NCBI GenBank assembly: GCA_046350735.1
Contig: JAXLZU010000002.1
Span: 16,219-80,218, forward strand
Reading direction: 5' to 3'
Length of the DNA: 64,000 bases
From: Candidatus Saccharimonadota bacterium
Lineage (GTDB): Bacteria > Patescibacteriota > Saccharimonadia > CAILAD01 > BJGX01
Shown: positions 1 through 10,853 of the stretch, piece after piece
Position numbering within the stretch: the first letter of the stretch is position 1
Layout of the letters: each line of letters opens with the position of its first letter
Program-made: the position numbers and the translations under genes
Notes under the pieces: generated by a model
Database searches by the model: none
What the model was told of the DNA's origin: nothing
The model's input: the letters and a program-made list of their open reading frames with translations, nothing else

Positions 1-45
1 TTCTAGATCTGGATGCAATACTACAGCTACTTCGTAGTTCTTCAT
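1..45 (-). CDS. rpsF: 30S ribosomal protein S6, 5' fragment (runs off the window)
   Basis: Reverse strand reads MKNYEVAVVLHPDLE after GAAAGGAAG; typical S6 N-terminus. Confidence 0.8.
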   Translation of the reverse strand, partial: MKNYEVAVVLHPDLE

Positions 46-209
46 AACTTCCTTTCTATGGCACATTCTACTCTAACAAGTAGACTTTGCTGTACGTTCT
101 TATGATGTCGTAGAGCAAAAAGGCGTTAATTAATAAATCAGCCCTAATTTTAGCGTATTCTTATCTGATAGTCAAGATAAACAGCACTACTTTGAGGTAT
201 ACTAGAAAC

Positions 210-779
210 ATGCAAGTTTTACAGTCTGAGTTTAGTGGCAAACCAATAATGGGTGTACATACCGGTGAACAGTTATGTGTTGTAACCGGGTTTGTAGTAC
301 ATCCCGGCAATTTAAAGATAATTCTTTTCATTGCCAACGCCCCACTCCAAAAGCAGCCATATTATCTGTTGCCAAACAGCATTCGGTTTGCCGATAGCAA
401 ACGACTAATAATAGACTCGGCACAAAGCCTTTCAGAATTTGACGAACTAGTACGCTATCAACATGATATACTACACAACTTCAACCCAATAAAAAAGAAG
501 GTTATTACACAATCTGGTAAGAAGCTTGGTACAGTTGTCGACTTTAGTTTTGATAATCAACACAATTTTATACAAAAACTCTACGTTCGTGCCAGTTTCT
601 TTAAAAGGTTTCTACAGGCTCAATTTATTATTGACCGTAATTCTGTTATTGAAACAACCCCTAATAGTATTATAGTAAAAGATACCGTAGATGAGTTGCC
701 AGCTACTATTAAGTCACCTCTACCCAACAAACCACCAGCAAAAGGTCTCGCAAGGTCTATTAAGAAGTCTCCGAATTAA
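210..779 (+). CDS. PRC-barrel domain protein
   Basis: Two PRC-like repeats (e.g. KKVITQSGKKLGTVVDFSFD); ATG 6 nt after TATACT, so probably leaderless. Confidence 0.7.
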   Translation: MQVLQSEFSGKPIMGVHTGEQLCVVTGFVVHPGNLKIILFIANAPLQKQPYYLLPNSIRFADSKRLIIDSAQSLSEFDELVRYQHDILHNFNPIKKKVITQSGKKLGTVVDFSFDNQHNFIQKLYVRASFFKRFLQAQFIIDRNSVIETTPNSIIVKDTVDELPATIKSPLPNKPPAKGLARSIKKSPN

Positions 780-1386
780 CTTCTGCTAATACTTCTTTAA
801 CTAAAGCATAAGGAAATCCTTGTCTTAGCATATACTCAGTCAATTTTTGCTCATCCTGAAAGCGTGAAATTTGCTTTTTTTTACGAACTATCTTTGCAGC
901 AGCATCTTTTTGACTTTTATTATCTAGTTTCTCTAGTGAGGAATGAATCAGCGTAGAACCAATTCCTTTCTTCATTAATTCTGCCTGAAGCTGTCGCTTT
1001 GAACGCGGTCGTGATAGTTGTCGAGAGTTGATATAGGCATCAATATACGCCTTATCATCGAGATAACCATCGCTTTGCAATCTCTGTAATACTGGCATAA
1101 TCTCTTCTGGATCAAAATTGGCTTTTCGAACAAGATATTCCTGCATTTGCCAGACCGTTCGAGGCCCAAAACGCAGATAGTAAATAGCACGTGAATACAT
1201 TTTAGATTGCTGTGAAAGCTTTTGTAGCTCTAACAATCGATCCTTATTTATCTGATCGCCTATGTGCAATTTAGCTACACTAAGATCTAACTCTGAGAGT
1301 GAGAAACTGTATTGGTCATCAACAAAGATACTATAATATCCCTCGCGTTTTTTTTGCGGTTGAATATCGGTTACTTTTTGCAACAT
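760..1386 (-). CDS. recX: RecX regulatory protein
   Basis: Immediately downstream of recA; GYLDD and L.RQGF motifs. Confidence 0.9.
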   Translation of the reverse strand: MLQKVTDIQPQKKREGYYSIFVDDQYSFSLSELDLSVAKLHIGDQINKDRLLELQKLSQQSKMYSRAIYYLRFGPRTVWQMQEYLVRKANFDPEEIMPVLQRLQSDGYLDDKAYIDAYINSRQLSRPRSKRQLQAELMKKGIGSTLIHSSLEKLDNKSQKDAAAKIVRKKKQISRFQDEQKLTEYMLRQGFPYALVKEVLAEVNSETS

Positions 1387-1407
1387 TTATTAAGGTACAA
1401 TTATTAC

Positions 1408-2502
1408 TTATGAGTTGGCATTAGCCCGAACGTCTTTTTCGATTTCTTCCATAATCTTGGGGTGATCGGTTAAGAACTGTTTTGCAGCTTCTCTGCCTTG
1501 ACCAATCTTTTCATCTTTATATGAGAACCAGGCGCCGGCCTTATTAACCAATCCTTCGGCAACCGCCAAGTCGATAATATCGCCTGCCCGAGAAATACCT
1601 TCGTTATACATAATGTCAAACTCTGCAATTTTAAATGGTGCAGCAATTTTGTTTTTGACAACTTTTACCTTTACGTGGTTACCAATAACGGTATCGGCAT
1701 CTTTTATTTGCTCACTACGACGAATATCAAGACGAACAGAAGCATAATATTTTAGTGCGTTACCACCGGCTGTTACTTCTGGATTACCAAACATTACCCC
1801 TATCTTCATACGTAATTGATTAATGAAAATTACGGTAGTTTGTGACTTAGCTATTACACCGGTGAGCTTTCTAAGCGCTTGACTCATTAAACGAGCTTGC
1901 AAGCCCATATGACTATCACCCATATCGCCCTCAATTTCGGCCCGTGGAGTAAGTGCCGCAACTGAGTCTACCACAATAAGATCTACCGCACTCGAGCGCA
2001 CTAGGGTTTCACAAATTTCTAAGGCTTGTTCGCCTGTGTCTGGCTGTGAGATTAATGCATCGTCGAGCTTCACACCTATTTTAGCTGCATATTCTGGGTC
2101 GAGAGCATGTTCGGCATCGATAAATGCTGCCAAGCCACCTTTCTTTTGTACTTCTGCTACTGCGTGCAGCGCGAGAGTCGTTTTACCACTTGATTCGGGA
2201 CCATATATTTCGATAATACGACCACGTGGGATTCCACCACCAAGGGCGAGATCGAGCGAGAGACTGCCTGATGGAAAAGTATCTACAGATACTTTTGAGC
2301 CTTCACCAAGTTTCATAATCGAGCCCTGCCCAAATTGTCGCTCAATTTGTTCGACAGCGAGATCTACTGCTTTTAGCCGAGCAGCCTTTTCGCTCGATGT
2401 CATCTTACTGTTCTCTTCACTTTTGCTATTGCGCTTAGTATTTTCTGCTGACACTCTGTTCTCCTCCTGATTGCGTTGTTTAGTTTTTGTAGCAGTTGCC
2501 AT
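1408..2502 (-). CDS. recA: Recombinase RecA
   Basis: [32 protein letters not shown]. Confidence 0.99.
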   Translation of the reverse strand: MATATKTKQRNQEENRVSAENTKRNSKSEENSKMTSSEKAARLKAVDLAVEQIERQFGQGSIMKLGEGSKVSVDTFPSGSLSLDLALGGGIPRGRIIEIYGPESSGKTTLALHAVAEVQKKGGLAAFIDAEHALDPEYAAKIGVKLDDALISQPDTGEQALEICETLVRSSAVDLIVVDSVAALTPRAEIEGDMGDSHMGLQARLMSQALRKLTGVIAKSQTTVIFINQLRMKIGVMFGNPEVTAGGNALKYYASVRLDIRRSEQIKDADTVIGNHVKVKVVKNKIAAPFKIAEFDIMYNEGISRAGDIIDLAVAEGLVNKAGAWFSYKDEKIGQGREAAKQFLTDHPKIMEEIEKDVRANANS

Positions 2503-2562
2503 GATGTTTCCTCCTTGTTTCGAACGTGGGGGTTAATGTTCGGTTTTTATTCTTACCTACTC

Positions 2563-2592
2563 AATATACCGAACACTATACAAACATGTCAA
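2563..2592 (-). promoter_or_regulatory. recA sigma70 promoter
   Basis: TTGACA-N18-TATATT on the minus strand. Confidence 0.7.
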
Positions 2593-2693
2593 CACTAACT
2601 TTGGATAAAATGTATTTTTCTATTGTACGCTGTTTTTAAAATTCCTTACAAGCATAAGAAAAGCCCCTAGGGTTAAGCTAAGGGCAATGGAGT

Positions 2694-3245
2694 TTATGGT
2701 AAACCAAGGTATTTTTCTGCTACCACTGGGTATATGCCTTGGAGTTGTAGCTCTTCTCGCATGTCGACTAGCTGACTAGGGTTAAAATCTACTACTAATC
2801 TTTCATATATGATGCGCCTAAAATATTCACTTGGGTTTTCACCAAGTAAATAAGCAACCAGTTGAATCGTGATTGTGACTTCTAGATTTGGCTTAAAATT
2901 GGGCCGTTCTGGTGTGATAGGGATTTTTAGAAAATCTAGTACACTTTTTGGTGCCTTTAATCGCAAATCAGTACTTTGAGTTGGTTTGTCATCACTCATG
3001 ACTGTTACTAATAGATCAAATTCGGTATTTTTACCACTCGGCTGTCGATAACCGCACTGCATACCGATAACTTTAGTTAGATACTGATTAAACAGCTGTT
3101 TGGTAGTTACTGCATCACTCGATATTGAGAGCTGAGATTTAATATGTTCTTCTACCTCGTCAGGAGAAAGTTTTGCCAAATTATTGAGAACATCGGCTAT
3201 TAACCGAACTAATTGTGACGGTGTCGTTTCGGCATATTTTCCCAT
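2694..3245 (-). CDS. Hypothetical accessory protein (GYACCY cassette)
   Basis: 183-aa ORF with TATAAT, GTACCT and AAGGAG upstream and a hairpin plus U-tract downstream. Confidence 0.75.
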   Translation of the reverse strand: MGKYAETTPSQLVRLIADVLNNLAKLSPDEVEEHIKSQLSISSDAVTTKQLFNQYLTKVIGMQCGYRQPSGKNTEFDLLVTVMSDDKPTQSTDLRLKAPKSVLDFLKIPITPERPNFKPNLEVTITIQLVAYLLGENPSEYFRRIIYERLVVDFNPSQLVDMREELQLQGIYPVVAEKYLGLP

Positions 3246-3318
3246 ATCTTCTCCTTGGGCTTGTGTAGGTACAAACTTACAAGATTATATATGAGTTGGC
3301 GTGATCTTGTAAAGATTC

Positions 3319-3816
3319 TTAACGAAAATTATTAAAACTAATTGGAAAGTCTAAATTGGCACTTCGAAGTGTCGCAATAAGCGATTGCAGGTCGTCTCGC
3401 GAGCTTGATGTAGCACGTACAGCTTCACCTTGAATCTGAGTCTTCACTTTAGGAAATTTCTCACGAATAAGTGCGGTTATCTGCTTGGCCTTGGTTTGAT
3501 CTAGACCCTTTATAAGAGGTAGAGTTTTACGAGCAACCATATTATTTTCGCTTATCTCCTCAGATTTATCGAGAAACTTAAGACTGAGACCAGCCTTAAT
3601 AAACTTACTCTCTAATACTCCTATCATCGCCTCAATTTTAAGCTCGCTATTTGCTTCAAGTTCTATCTTGTTAGTATCGCGGTCAAAGACCAATTTTGCC
3701 CCAGTACCCTGAAAATCGTATCGCGTAGCAATTTCGCGAGCTGCCTGATCGCACGCGTTAATCATTGTACTAAGATCGTATTCGCTAACTATATCTAGAG
3801 ATGCATCTTTGGCCAT
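3319..3816 (-). CDS. yajQ: YajQ family nucleotide/c-di-GMP-binding protein
   Basis: SLDIVSE, TRYDF, KVKTQIQGEAVR, RDDLQ and C-terminal FNNFR. Confidence 0.92.
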   Translation of the reverse strand: MAKDASLDIVSEYDLSTMINACDQAAREIATRYDFQGTGAKLVFDRDTNKIELEANSELKIEAMIGVLESKFIKAGLSLKFLDKSEEISENNMVARKTLPLIKGLDQTKAKQITALIREKFPKVKTQIQGEAVRATSSSRDDLQSLIATLRSANLDFPISFNNFR

Positions 3817-3839
3817 AATCTATTTAGTATAGCAAAATT

Positions 3840-4862
3840 TTATTGAAACTGTGTATCTTTACTAAATTCAATATCGAGCCTGGCTTCACCGTCGCGACCA
3901 ATCTTGCCAAGGTCTTTGTTAGCAACGTTAGCATTGGTAATAAAAATCTGAGTATTACCCGCATTACCAGTGGTAATTTTGAGCTGATTCTTGGCCTTAA
4001 ATAACTGACTTGTATCTGGCAAAACTGTCCCACGAAACAAATCTTGGCCATCAGCCTGTACAATCAACCATGTAGCCTCATTAGAAATTTTTACTAGAGC
4101 CTCTACTCCGTCGATTGGTGTATTGGAAATTTGATTAGTATCGGTAACTTTCGCAAGTGAAGCGGTAACGGTTTTGGTCTCAGTAGTGGTTTTACCAAGC
4201 TTAGAACGAGCAGATATTTTAATTTGATTAGCACCATCAATTAGTGACACGCGCTCTGAAAAACTACCATCTGGATTAGTAAGAATTGGTGAACCATTAA
4301 TAAATACATCGGCACCACCATCAACTTGCCCAGAAATAATAATATAGCCAGAAGTGGTTTTTCCTTGTAGAGAATTAATATGCAAACTTGGTGGTGAAGC
4401 TAAGATAGCAATTTGCCAACCAAAATACGCCACAATCAATACAAAAACCAAACTGGCAAATAGAATAAGGAGGCTCTTCGAGGTAAAAGCAAAACCTTTC
4501 TTACCAATTGGCTTGAGACCCAGTCGGCTGGCTTTTTGTACCAGGAGACTTTGACCATGAGCTTGATTAAAGCTGGCCCGCTCTTTCTTATACATATTGA
4601 CCACTGGAGTGGTTTCGAAACCCAAATAGTCGGCGTAGCTTTTAATATAACCAAGTGTATACACATCGTCTGGCAGATGTTCATAATCTCCCACCTCTAT
4701 GCGTTCTAAGTATTTCGTACGTACATTAGTGGCAGCCTCGACATTCTTAAGATCTTTGCCCAATTCTTCACGACGCTTACGCAAAAGCTCGGCAACAGAA
4801 AGCTTTAAGCTTGCAGGAGAGTGTAAAAATGATTTGGTGTCTTTTTGGTTGTTTGGACTCAC
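3840..4862 (-). CDS. RodZ-like HTH / transmembrane / DUF4115 protein
   Basis: N-terminal XRE HTH (YLERIE.G.Y..LP...Y..GYIKSYA.YLG), TM helix, TGNAG motif; downstream of ftsK. Confidence 0.85.
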   Translation of the reverse strand: MSPNNQKDTKSFLHSPASLKLSVAELLRKRREELGKDLKNVEAATNVRTKYLERIEVGDYEHLPDDVYTLGYIKSYADYLGFETTPVVNMYKKERASFNQAHGQSLLVQKASRLGLKPIGKKGFAFTSKSLLILFASLVFVLIVAYFGWQIAILASPPSLHINSLQGKTTSGYIIISGQVDGGADVFINGSPILTNPDGSFSERVSLIDGANQIKISARSKLGKTTTETKTVTASLAKVTDTNQISNTPIDGVEALVKISNEATWLIVQADGQDLFRGTVLPDTSQLFKAKNQLKITTGNAGNTQIFITNANVANKDLGKIGRDGEARLDIEFSKDTQFQ

Positions 4863-6979
4863 TCTGTCTCGGCCTCGCCACCAAGTTCTTCAATACTACC
4901 CACTAATATCTCGCGTGGCTTACTGCCATTTGCTGGCCCTACTACACCTTTTTGCTCTAGGATATCAATAAGTTTTGCAGCTCTTGCATACCCCACCCCC
5001 AGTCGTCGCTGCAATAAACTTGAGCTACCTTTGCCGGCTGCAATAACTACCTCGGCTGCCTGTTGCCAAAGATCGTCTTCCATGGCATCAAACCCACCGC
5101 CAGCAGAACCACCCTTCATATTTACAGCCTGTGAAAGAACTTCTTCGTTATATTCCGGCTGTCGTTGTTCTCGCAAGAACTTAGTAACAGCACTTACTTC
5201 TTCGTTACTCATAAACACACCCTGAATACGTTTGGGCTTAATAAATTCTGGGCTGGCAAAGAGCATATCACCCTTACCAAGCAACTTTTCTGCCCCACCC
5301 ATATCAATAATTGTTCGTGAGTCTACCTGGCTAGCGGTGGTAAGCGCAATTCGTGCTGGCACGTTGGCTTTAATAGTACCAGTAATAACGTTTACACTTG
5401 GCCGCTGAGTAGCGAGTACTAGATGAATACCTACTGCCCGAGCCATCTGCGAGATACGCTGAATGAGACTTTCGACATCCTTACCAGCCTGCATCATAAG
5501 ATCGAACAACTCATCGATAATGATAACTATGTAAGGCATTCTATCTACATCTTTTACTTGATTGTACTCACCAATGTCGCGCTTGTTATATTCTGAGAGT
5601 AATTTAAGACGTCGTTCCATCTCGGCTACTGCCCACTTGAGGGCAGAAACGGTTTTGTCTGACTCGGTAATAACCGGCGTAAGTAAGTGAGGAATATCAT
5701 TATATAGGCTTAGCTCAACACGTTTGGGATCTACCATAATCAGCTTGAGCTCGCTTGGGCTGTTACGATACAGCAAGCTCATCAGTAGAGCGTTAATCAT
5801 AACAGATTTACCAGTACCAGTTGCACCCGCTACTAGTAAATGTGGTGCCTTAGCAAGATCGTAGGTAACAATATCACCAGCCACATCACGACCCAACACA
5901 AAGGCCAGCTTAGACTTTTGTGATTCATATTCTTTATCTTGAAAAATATCTTTAATGCGTACCATAGCACCTTTCTTGTTTGGTACTTCAATCCCTACAA
6001 GACTTTTACCGGGGATAGGTGCTTCTATACGTATTTGCGTAGCCTCCAAAGCTAAAGCCAAGTTTCTATCAAGTGATGCTATCTTACTAAGGTTTACACC
6101 AGTTGGTGGCTTGAGGCTATATTGAGCAACAGTTGGGCCAACATCCACACCTTCCATCTTTACCTCATAGCCAAAGTCAGCAAAGGTGTTGGCAATAAGT
6201 TTGGCATTGGCTTTGGCATCACCTGGGTCTGGCTGGGTGCTAGTGGCCTGCAGAATATCAATACTCGGATACTTCCAATCTTTGTCGTCTGAGTACACAA
6301 TTGGTTCGTTTTTCTTCTCTTCTTTCTCTTCTTCGTCCTTTCCAATAGTGCCTTTTATAGGTAGTTTGGTATTAATTTGAAACTTATTATCTTGTATTTC
6401 TTCTTTTTCTTGCTCATCACCTTCACCCTTGTTCTTGCCTAGTAGTCGTCTAAATATTTCGCGCAAGCTGGCATTGGCAGCTATAACAATACTGACCAGC
6501 AATAGCATAGAGAGTATAAAGATAGAGACTGGTCGATTTAGTACTGGAGACATTACTGAATAGAGTGCGTAGCCCACAATACCACCATACTGACCTATCT
6601 GAGCTATTTCTGGGTTAGCAGGGTTAATTATTGCCTGAATAAGAGCGCTTAAGAATACAAAGAAGAGGATTGTTCCTATTAGATGATTTAACTTATATCC
6701 ACGATTTTCTTCTTCGTTGGTACGGAATAATAGATAGGCCGAGATAAGTAGTGCAAGTGGTAAAACATATACCGCCTGTCCAATAATGAATTTGGTAGCC
6801 AGTAGCGTCCATTGTCCAAGCGCGCCTGCAAAATTAAGCATGGCAAGCACCAAGAAGACCGAGATCATAATAAGCAATATTGCTGTAATCTCTCGACTTG
6901 CACTACGGGTTAGAACCTTAGCATCTTTCTTTTGCTGTTTCTTCTTTGCGTTGGTGTTTTTGCGTCGTTTTTTAGCCAT
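4859..6979 (-). CDS. ftsK: DNA translocase FtsK/SpoIIIE
   Basis: N-terminal TM segments, GATGTGKS, LATQRPS, gamma domain LQRRLGVGYARAA. Confidence 0.98.
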   Translation of the reverse strand: MAKKRRKNTNAKKKQQKKDAKVLTRSASREITAILLIMISVFLVLAMLNFAGALGQWTLLATKFIIGQAVYVLPLALLISAYLLFRTNEEENRGYKLNHLIGTILFFVFLSALIQAIINPANPEIAQIGQYGGIVGYALYSVMSPVLNRPVSIFILSMLLLVSIVIAANASLREIFRRLLGKNKGEGDEQEKEEIQDNKFQINTKLPIKGTIGKDEEEKEEKKNEPIVYSDDKDWKYPSIDILQATSTQPDPGDAKANAKLIANTFADFGYEVKMEGVDVGPTVAQYSLKPPTGVNLSKIASLDRNLALALEATQIRIEAPIPGKSLVGIEVPNKKGAMVRIKDIFQDKEYESQKSKLAFVLGRDVAGDIVTYDLAKAPHLLVAGATGTGKSVMINALLMSLLYRNSPSELKLIMVDPKRVELSLYNDIPHLLTPVITESDKTVSALKWAVAEMERRLKLLSEYNKRDIGEYNQVKDVDRMPYIVIIIDELFDLMMQAGKDVESLIQRISQMARAVGIHLVLATQRPSVNVITGTIKANVPARIALTTASQVDSRTIIDMGGAEKLLGKGDMLFASPEFIKPKRIQGVFMSNEEVSAVTKFLREQRQPEYNEEVLSQAVNMKGGSAGGGFDAMEDDLWQQAAEVVIAAGKGSSSLLQRRLGVGYARAAKLIDILEQKGVVGPANGSKPREILVGSIEELGGEAETE

Positions 6980-7233
6980 AAAAATCTATTATACCTCTTG
7001 GTTTATTACTCTGGCTAGAGAAGAAACAAAAATAGTTCTCGCTAAGTCTCGACAAATGTATATCGAGAGATAACGAGAACTATTTAATCTGTAAATGTTT
7101 ACCCTCATTACGCTAACCATTATAGCACAGTTACGACACAAAAACAAGTCTTGTCAAATTATTTACATAATAAAAAAGGCCTATCGCTAGGCCTACAAAA
7201 TGAAAAATTATTTCTTCATACTATTATTTAAAA

Positions 7234-7509
7234 TTAGGCGAGTTCGGGCTGTGGACACAGTTTGCGACGACGCTCATCAACTGTTTCAGCAAAAACATCC
7301 ATAAACTCATCAACGGTCATTCTATCTTCGAGATTGAATCGACCAAATTCCTCATCTGGTCGAAAGTTCTCTGAACAGATGTGCTCCCAGAGCGAGAAGA
7401 TTTCATCATCAGCCAGGGAAAGTAATAAGGCCTTAAGATTATAATGCACTCTATCGTGCATGCCCCTCAAAAACTTACTATATCCATCTGGGTCGTGAAC
7501 GTTTGCCAT
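7234..7509 (-). CDS. Hypothetical accessory protein (GYACCY cassette)
   Basis: 91-aa ORF; GTACCT-acgc-GGAGGG before the ATG; terminator near 7174-7195. Confidence 0.7.
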   Translation of the reverse strand: MANVHDPDGYSKFLRGMHDRVHYNLKALLLSLADDEIFSLWEHICSENFRPDEEFGRFNLEDRMTVDEFMDVFAETVDERRRKLCPQPELA

Positions 7510-7604
7510 TTGCCGCCCCTCCGCGTAGGTACAGACCGATGTTCCCCCACCAACAATGGTAGTATTTTCTACTTTACGCTTACGTTTTGCAATGTCAATT
7601 ACAA

Positions 7605-7856
7605 TTAGACTTCTGTAAGGAATACCTCAACTTCGCCAGTAAGACGCGTTGGTTTGCCCATGCAGTTTACCTTAAAATCTCGTTCGGTCATAAGCAAAAA
7701 ATAATATTCGCCATAGGTGACATCCCCAACAAATACTTCATCGCTATCCTCACTGGTATCACCAAGTCGCTTCAATTCTGCCTCAATGGCATCAATATCC
7801 ATAAGAAAGATATCTAAAACCAACTTGCTATATTCTGTACTGCGAACAGTTGGCAC
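7605..7856 (-). CDS. Hypothetical acidic accessory protein (GYACCY cassette)
   Basis: GTG start chosen after GTACCT-acacaat-GGAGG; promoter TTGACA-N18-TATAGT. Confidence 0.65.
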   Translation of the reverse strand: MPTVRSTEYSKLVLDIFLMDIDAIEAELKRLGDTSEDSDEVFVGDVTYGEYYFLLMTERDFKVNCMGKPTRLTGEVEVFLTEV

Positions 7857-7939
7857 TTTTTCTGGCCTCCATTGTGTAGGTACAATAAAGCCCGACAACT
7901 ATATCATTTTGTCGGGCCCATTGTCAATCTTGGCTAAAG

Positions 7940-10093
7940 CTATACTTCGATAACAACAGGCAAGACGATTGGTGTACGCTTGGTAACTTTATAGAGTAAG
8001 TTACTAATTTCGTCACGAATGCGGTTTTTAACAATTGGTGAGTTGGCCGGTGTACGTGGATTGCGCTTGGCAAAAACGTTCTTTACTATTTGGCGAGATT
8101 TATTCATTAGCTCTTCATTATCTTTAACATAAATAAATCCGCGACTAATAATATCTGGGCTAGTAACTAGTTTGCCCGTCTTGCGATTTACTGTAGCAAT
8201 AATAGTAAATACCCCATCACTTGCCATGGCTAAGCGATCTTTTAAGACGATTTCTTGTACATCACCGATACCCGAACCATCAATTAAGACTGAGCCAGAC
8301 TGAACAATTGGACCCAACTTGATTGTTTCATCCTTGGTTGCCTCGAGTGTTTGACCATTCTCGATAACAAAGATATTTTCTGGCTTAATAATGCCCGTGC
8401 GCTTGGCAATTTCTGCATTATGCACCAGATGATGAACTTCGCCATGAATTGGCAAATAGTACTTAGGACGTACTAGCTCTATCATCTCTTTTACTTCGTC
8501 ATAGTAGGCATGCCCCGAGGTATGTAGAATACCGAGATCGTCAAAATCACGCATATCCTGCTGATATACGTATGGTCCCCAACGATACAAATTATCTACC
8601 ATACCCCAAACGTCTTTTTCGTTACCAGGGATAATGGAGCTACAAAGCACTACTACATCGCTAGCCTTTAGCTTAATATCGCGATGTTCACCACGACCCA
8701 TTCTATTTAGTACGGCCATTTCTTCACCTTGCGAGCCAGTGGCGAGTACTACTAGCTCGGCATCGGGTATATTTTTTATCTGATCGGCTTTTACTAAGAG
8801 TCCGGGTGGTATCTTGATATAACCCATCTTAACAGCCAGCTCGGTATTTGCTAGCAAGCTTCTACCTACAATAGCAAGCTTACGTTTGGCCTTGGCAACA
8901 CCATCGATAATTAACTGAATACGGTTTACCTGACTAGAGAATGATGCGACAATAACTCGTTTGTTGTAATTGCGTACAAAGATTTCATCAAGAGTATCGG
9001 TAATACCCTTCTCGCTCGGACTATATCCCATTTTTTCACAACTAGTACTATCACACATTAGTAAGAGCACTCCTGCATCACCCAGCTCTTTCAAGCGTTC
9101 TTTATTACTTGGCTTGCCGTCGATAGGATCGTTATCAAATCGCCAGTCGCCTGTATTGATAATTGTACCTACAGGAGTATGAATAGCTATTGAGCAAGCG
9201 TCTGGAATAGAGTGGGTAATACGAATAAATTCTACTGAGAAAGCTCCAAGTTGAATTTTTTGGCCAGAGTCTTGGTCGATAGTTCGCATTTCTGGCTTAA
9301 AAGGCAGTTTGTATTCTTCTAGCTTGCGCTCGATGTATTTAATAGTAAACTGGGCTGCATAAATTGGCGCAGGCAGTTTTGGCAGTAAGAACGGAATACC
9401 GCCCACATGGTCTTCGTGTGCATGGGTAATTAAGTGAGCACGAATCTTATGTTTACGCTCTTCTAAATAGGTGGTATCGGGGATAATATAGTCAATGCCA
9501 GGCATATCCGGACCCGGAAACATAAAGCCAAGATCCATTACAATAATGTCGTCTTCGTACTCGAGTGCCATCATATTTTTACCAATCTTATCTAAACCAC
9601 CAAGAGGAATAATCTTTAGCTTGCCGGCATCTGCCTTTGTTAGACCAACTGGACTTTTTGTAACAGAGGTAGCTGGTTTGTGTGGCTGAGCCTTAGAGTT
9701 GCCATCAGAGTTAAAACTACCTTCAGAAAACACGGCCGGACCTCTGTCGTAGCGACGGCGCATAGCATGAGGATTACTACCTCTGCCCTGCCCATTGCCA
9801 CGTTTTTGTCCCTGGCCATTACCATTATGGTTTTTGTTTTGACCGTTCTTATTTTGTGCAGCCTGGTTTTTGTTCCAAGTTCTTTTTGGGTTATTGGGCT
9901 TGTTTTGACTCGAAGCATCGTTCTGTCTAGCAGCAGCATTAAAGTTGGCTGGCTTACTACCACCAGTTACAGGGTCTGCATTTGGGCGCGTCCCTTGTGG
10001 TTTTTGGCGCGGTTTTTCTGATTTGCCAATACCCAAATCAGCCGCGGTGAGCGGTCGTGAGTTAAGTGGTTTTTTATTGTTTTTAGTATCCAT
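7940..10093 (-). CDS. rnj: Ribonuclease J with long disordered N-terminal extension
   Basis: PLGGL..IGKNM, THAHEDHVGG, HTSGHA, PIHGE. Confidence 0.97.
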   Translation of the reverse strand: MDTKNNKKPLNSRPLTAADLGIGKSEKPRQKPQGTRPNADPVTGGSKPANFNAAARQNDASSQNKPNNPKRTWNKNQAAQNKNGQNKNHNGNGQGQKRGNGQGRGSNPHAMRRRYDRGPAVFSEGSFNSDGNSKAQPHKPATSVTKSPVGLTKADAGKLKIIPLGGLDKIGKNMMALEYEDDIIVMDLGFMFPGPDMPGIDYIIPDTTYLEERKHKIRAHLITHAHEDHVGGIPFLLPKLPAPIYAAQFTIKYIERKLEEYKLPFKPEMRTIDQDSGQKIQLGAFSVEFIRITHSIPDACSIAIHTPVGTIINTGDWRFDNDPIDGKPSNKERLKELGDAGVLLLMCDSTSCEKMGYSPSEKGITDTLDEIFVRNYNKRVIVASFSSQVNRIQLIIDGVAKAKRKLAIVGRSLLANTELAVKMGYIKIPPGLLVKADQIKNIPDAELVVLATGSQGEEMAVLNRMGRGEHRDIKLKASDVVVLCSSIIPGNEKDVWGMVDNLYRWGPYVYQQDMRDFDDLGILHTSGHAYYDEVKEMIELVRPKYYLPIHGEVHHLVHNAEIAKRTGIIKPENIFVIENGQTLEATKDETIKLGPIVQSGSVLIDGSGIGDVQEIVLKDRLAMASDGVFTIIATVNRKTGKLVTSPDIISRGFIYVKDNEELMNKSRQIVKNVFAKRNPRTPANSPIVKNRIRDEISNLLYKVTKRTPIVLPVVIEV

Positions 10094-10224
10094 TATTGTA
10101 CTGTTTTCTCCTTTATCTCATGAGAAATGAGATACTTGATTAAATTATTTACTATATGTCACTCTGAGCAGAACAAACAATTCTTTAGAAGAAAAAGATT
10201 ATTTACTTTGCTTAGAATGGCACG

Positions 10225-10809
10225 TTATTTGGCTAAGGTCTGTAAGATGGCAGGAATCTGCGAAAAATCTTCTAACAATATTTTACGCATACCGCCGTTA
10301 TATAGTGCAGCAGCAGGATGATAAAGTGGTAAAAAAACTTTGCCCTGACGACGAAACACTTTACCGTGAGCCTCAGAAATCTTCAGCTCTGGAAAAAATA
10401 CATTCATACTGTGTCGACCCAAAAATACAATTAGCTTAGGCTGAATAATCTTAATTTGCGCTAATAGGTACGGTAGACAAGCTTTTATTTCTTCTTCGTT
10501 AGGATCGCGATTATTTGGCGGGCGAAACTTTACAATGTTCGTAATAAAAACGTCATCGCGCCGCAAATTAATTGATTGCAGCATCTCTTCTAAGAATTTG
10601 CCGCTTGCACCAACGAAGGGCTCGCCCTTCTCATCTTCTTGTTTTCCAGGTGCTTCGCCAATAAAAAGTATTTCGGCGTCTGGGTTTCCTTCTCCTGGAA
10701 CAGGATTGAGACAACTTTTAGCGATTTCAAGACTCAGCTCTCGCCCTATTACGGCTGCTGCAATTTCGTCTAGCTTGGCTTGTTTTTCTTCAGTTGTCAC
10801 AATATTCAC
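10225..10809 (-). CDS. Uracil-DNA glycosylase family 4
   Basis: GEAPG..ED..G.PFVG, RPPNNRDP, YHPAAALY. Confidence 0.95.
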   Translation of the reverse strand: MNIVTTEEKQAKLDEIAAAVIGRELSLEIAKSCLNPVPGEGNPDAEILFIGEAPGKQEDEKGEPFVGASGKFLEEMLQSINLRRDDVFITNIVKFRPPNNRDPNEEEIKACLPYLLAQIKIIQPKLIVFLGRHSMNVFFPELKISEAHGKVFRRQGKVFLPLYHPAAALYNGGMRKILLEDFSQIPAILQTLAK

Positions 10810-10853
10810 CCCAGTGACACCGACCTAGTACCTGGTCGATGCGGCTCGAGTGA

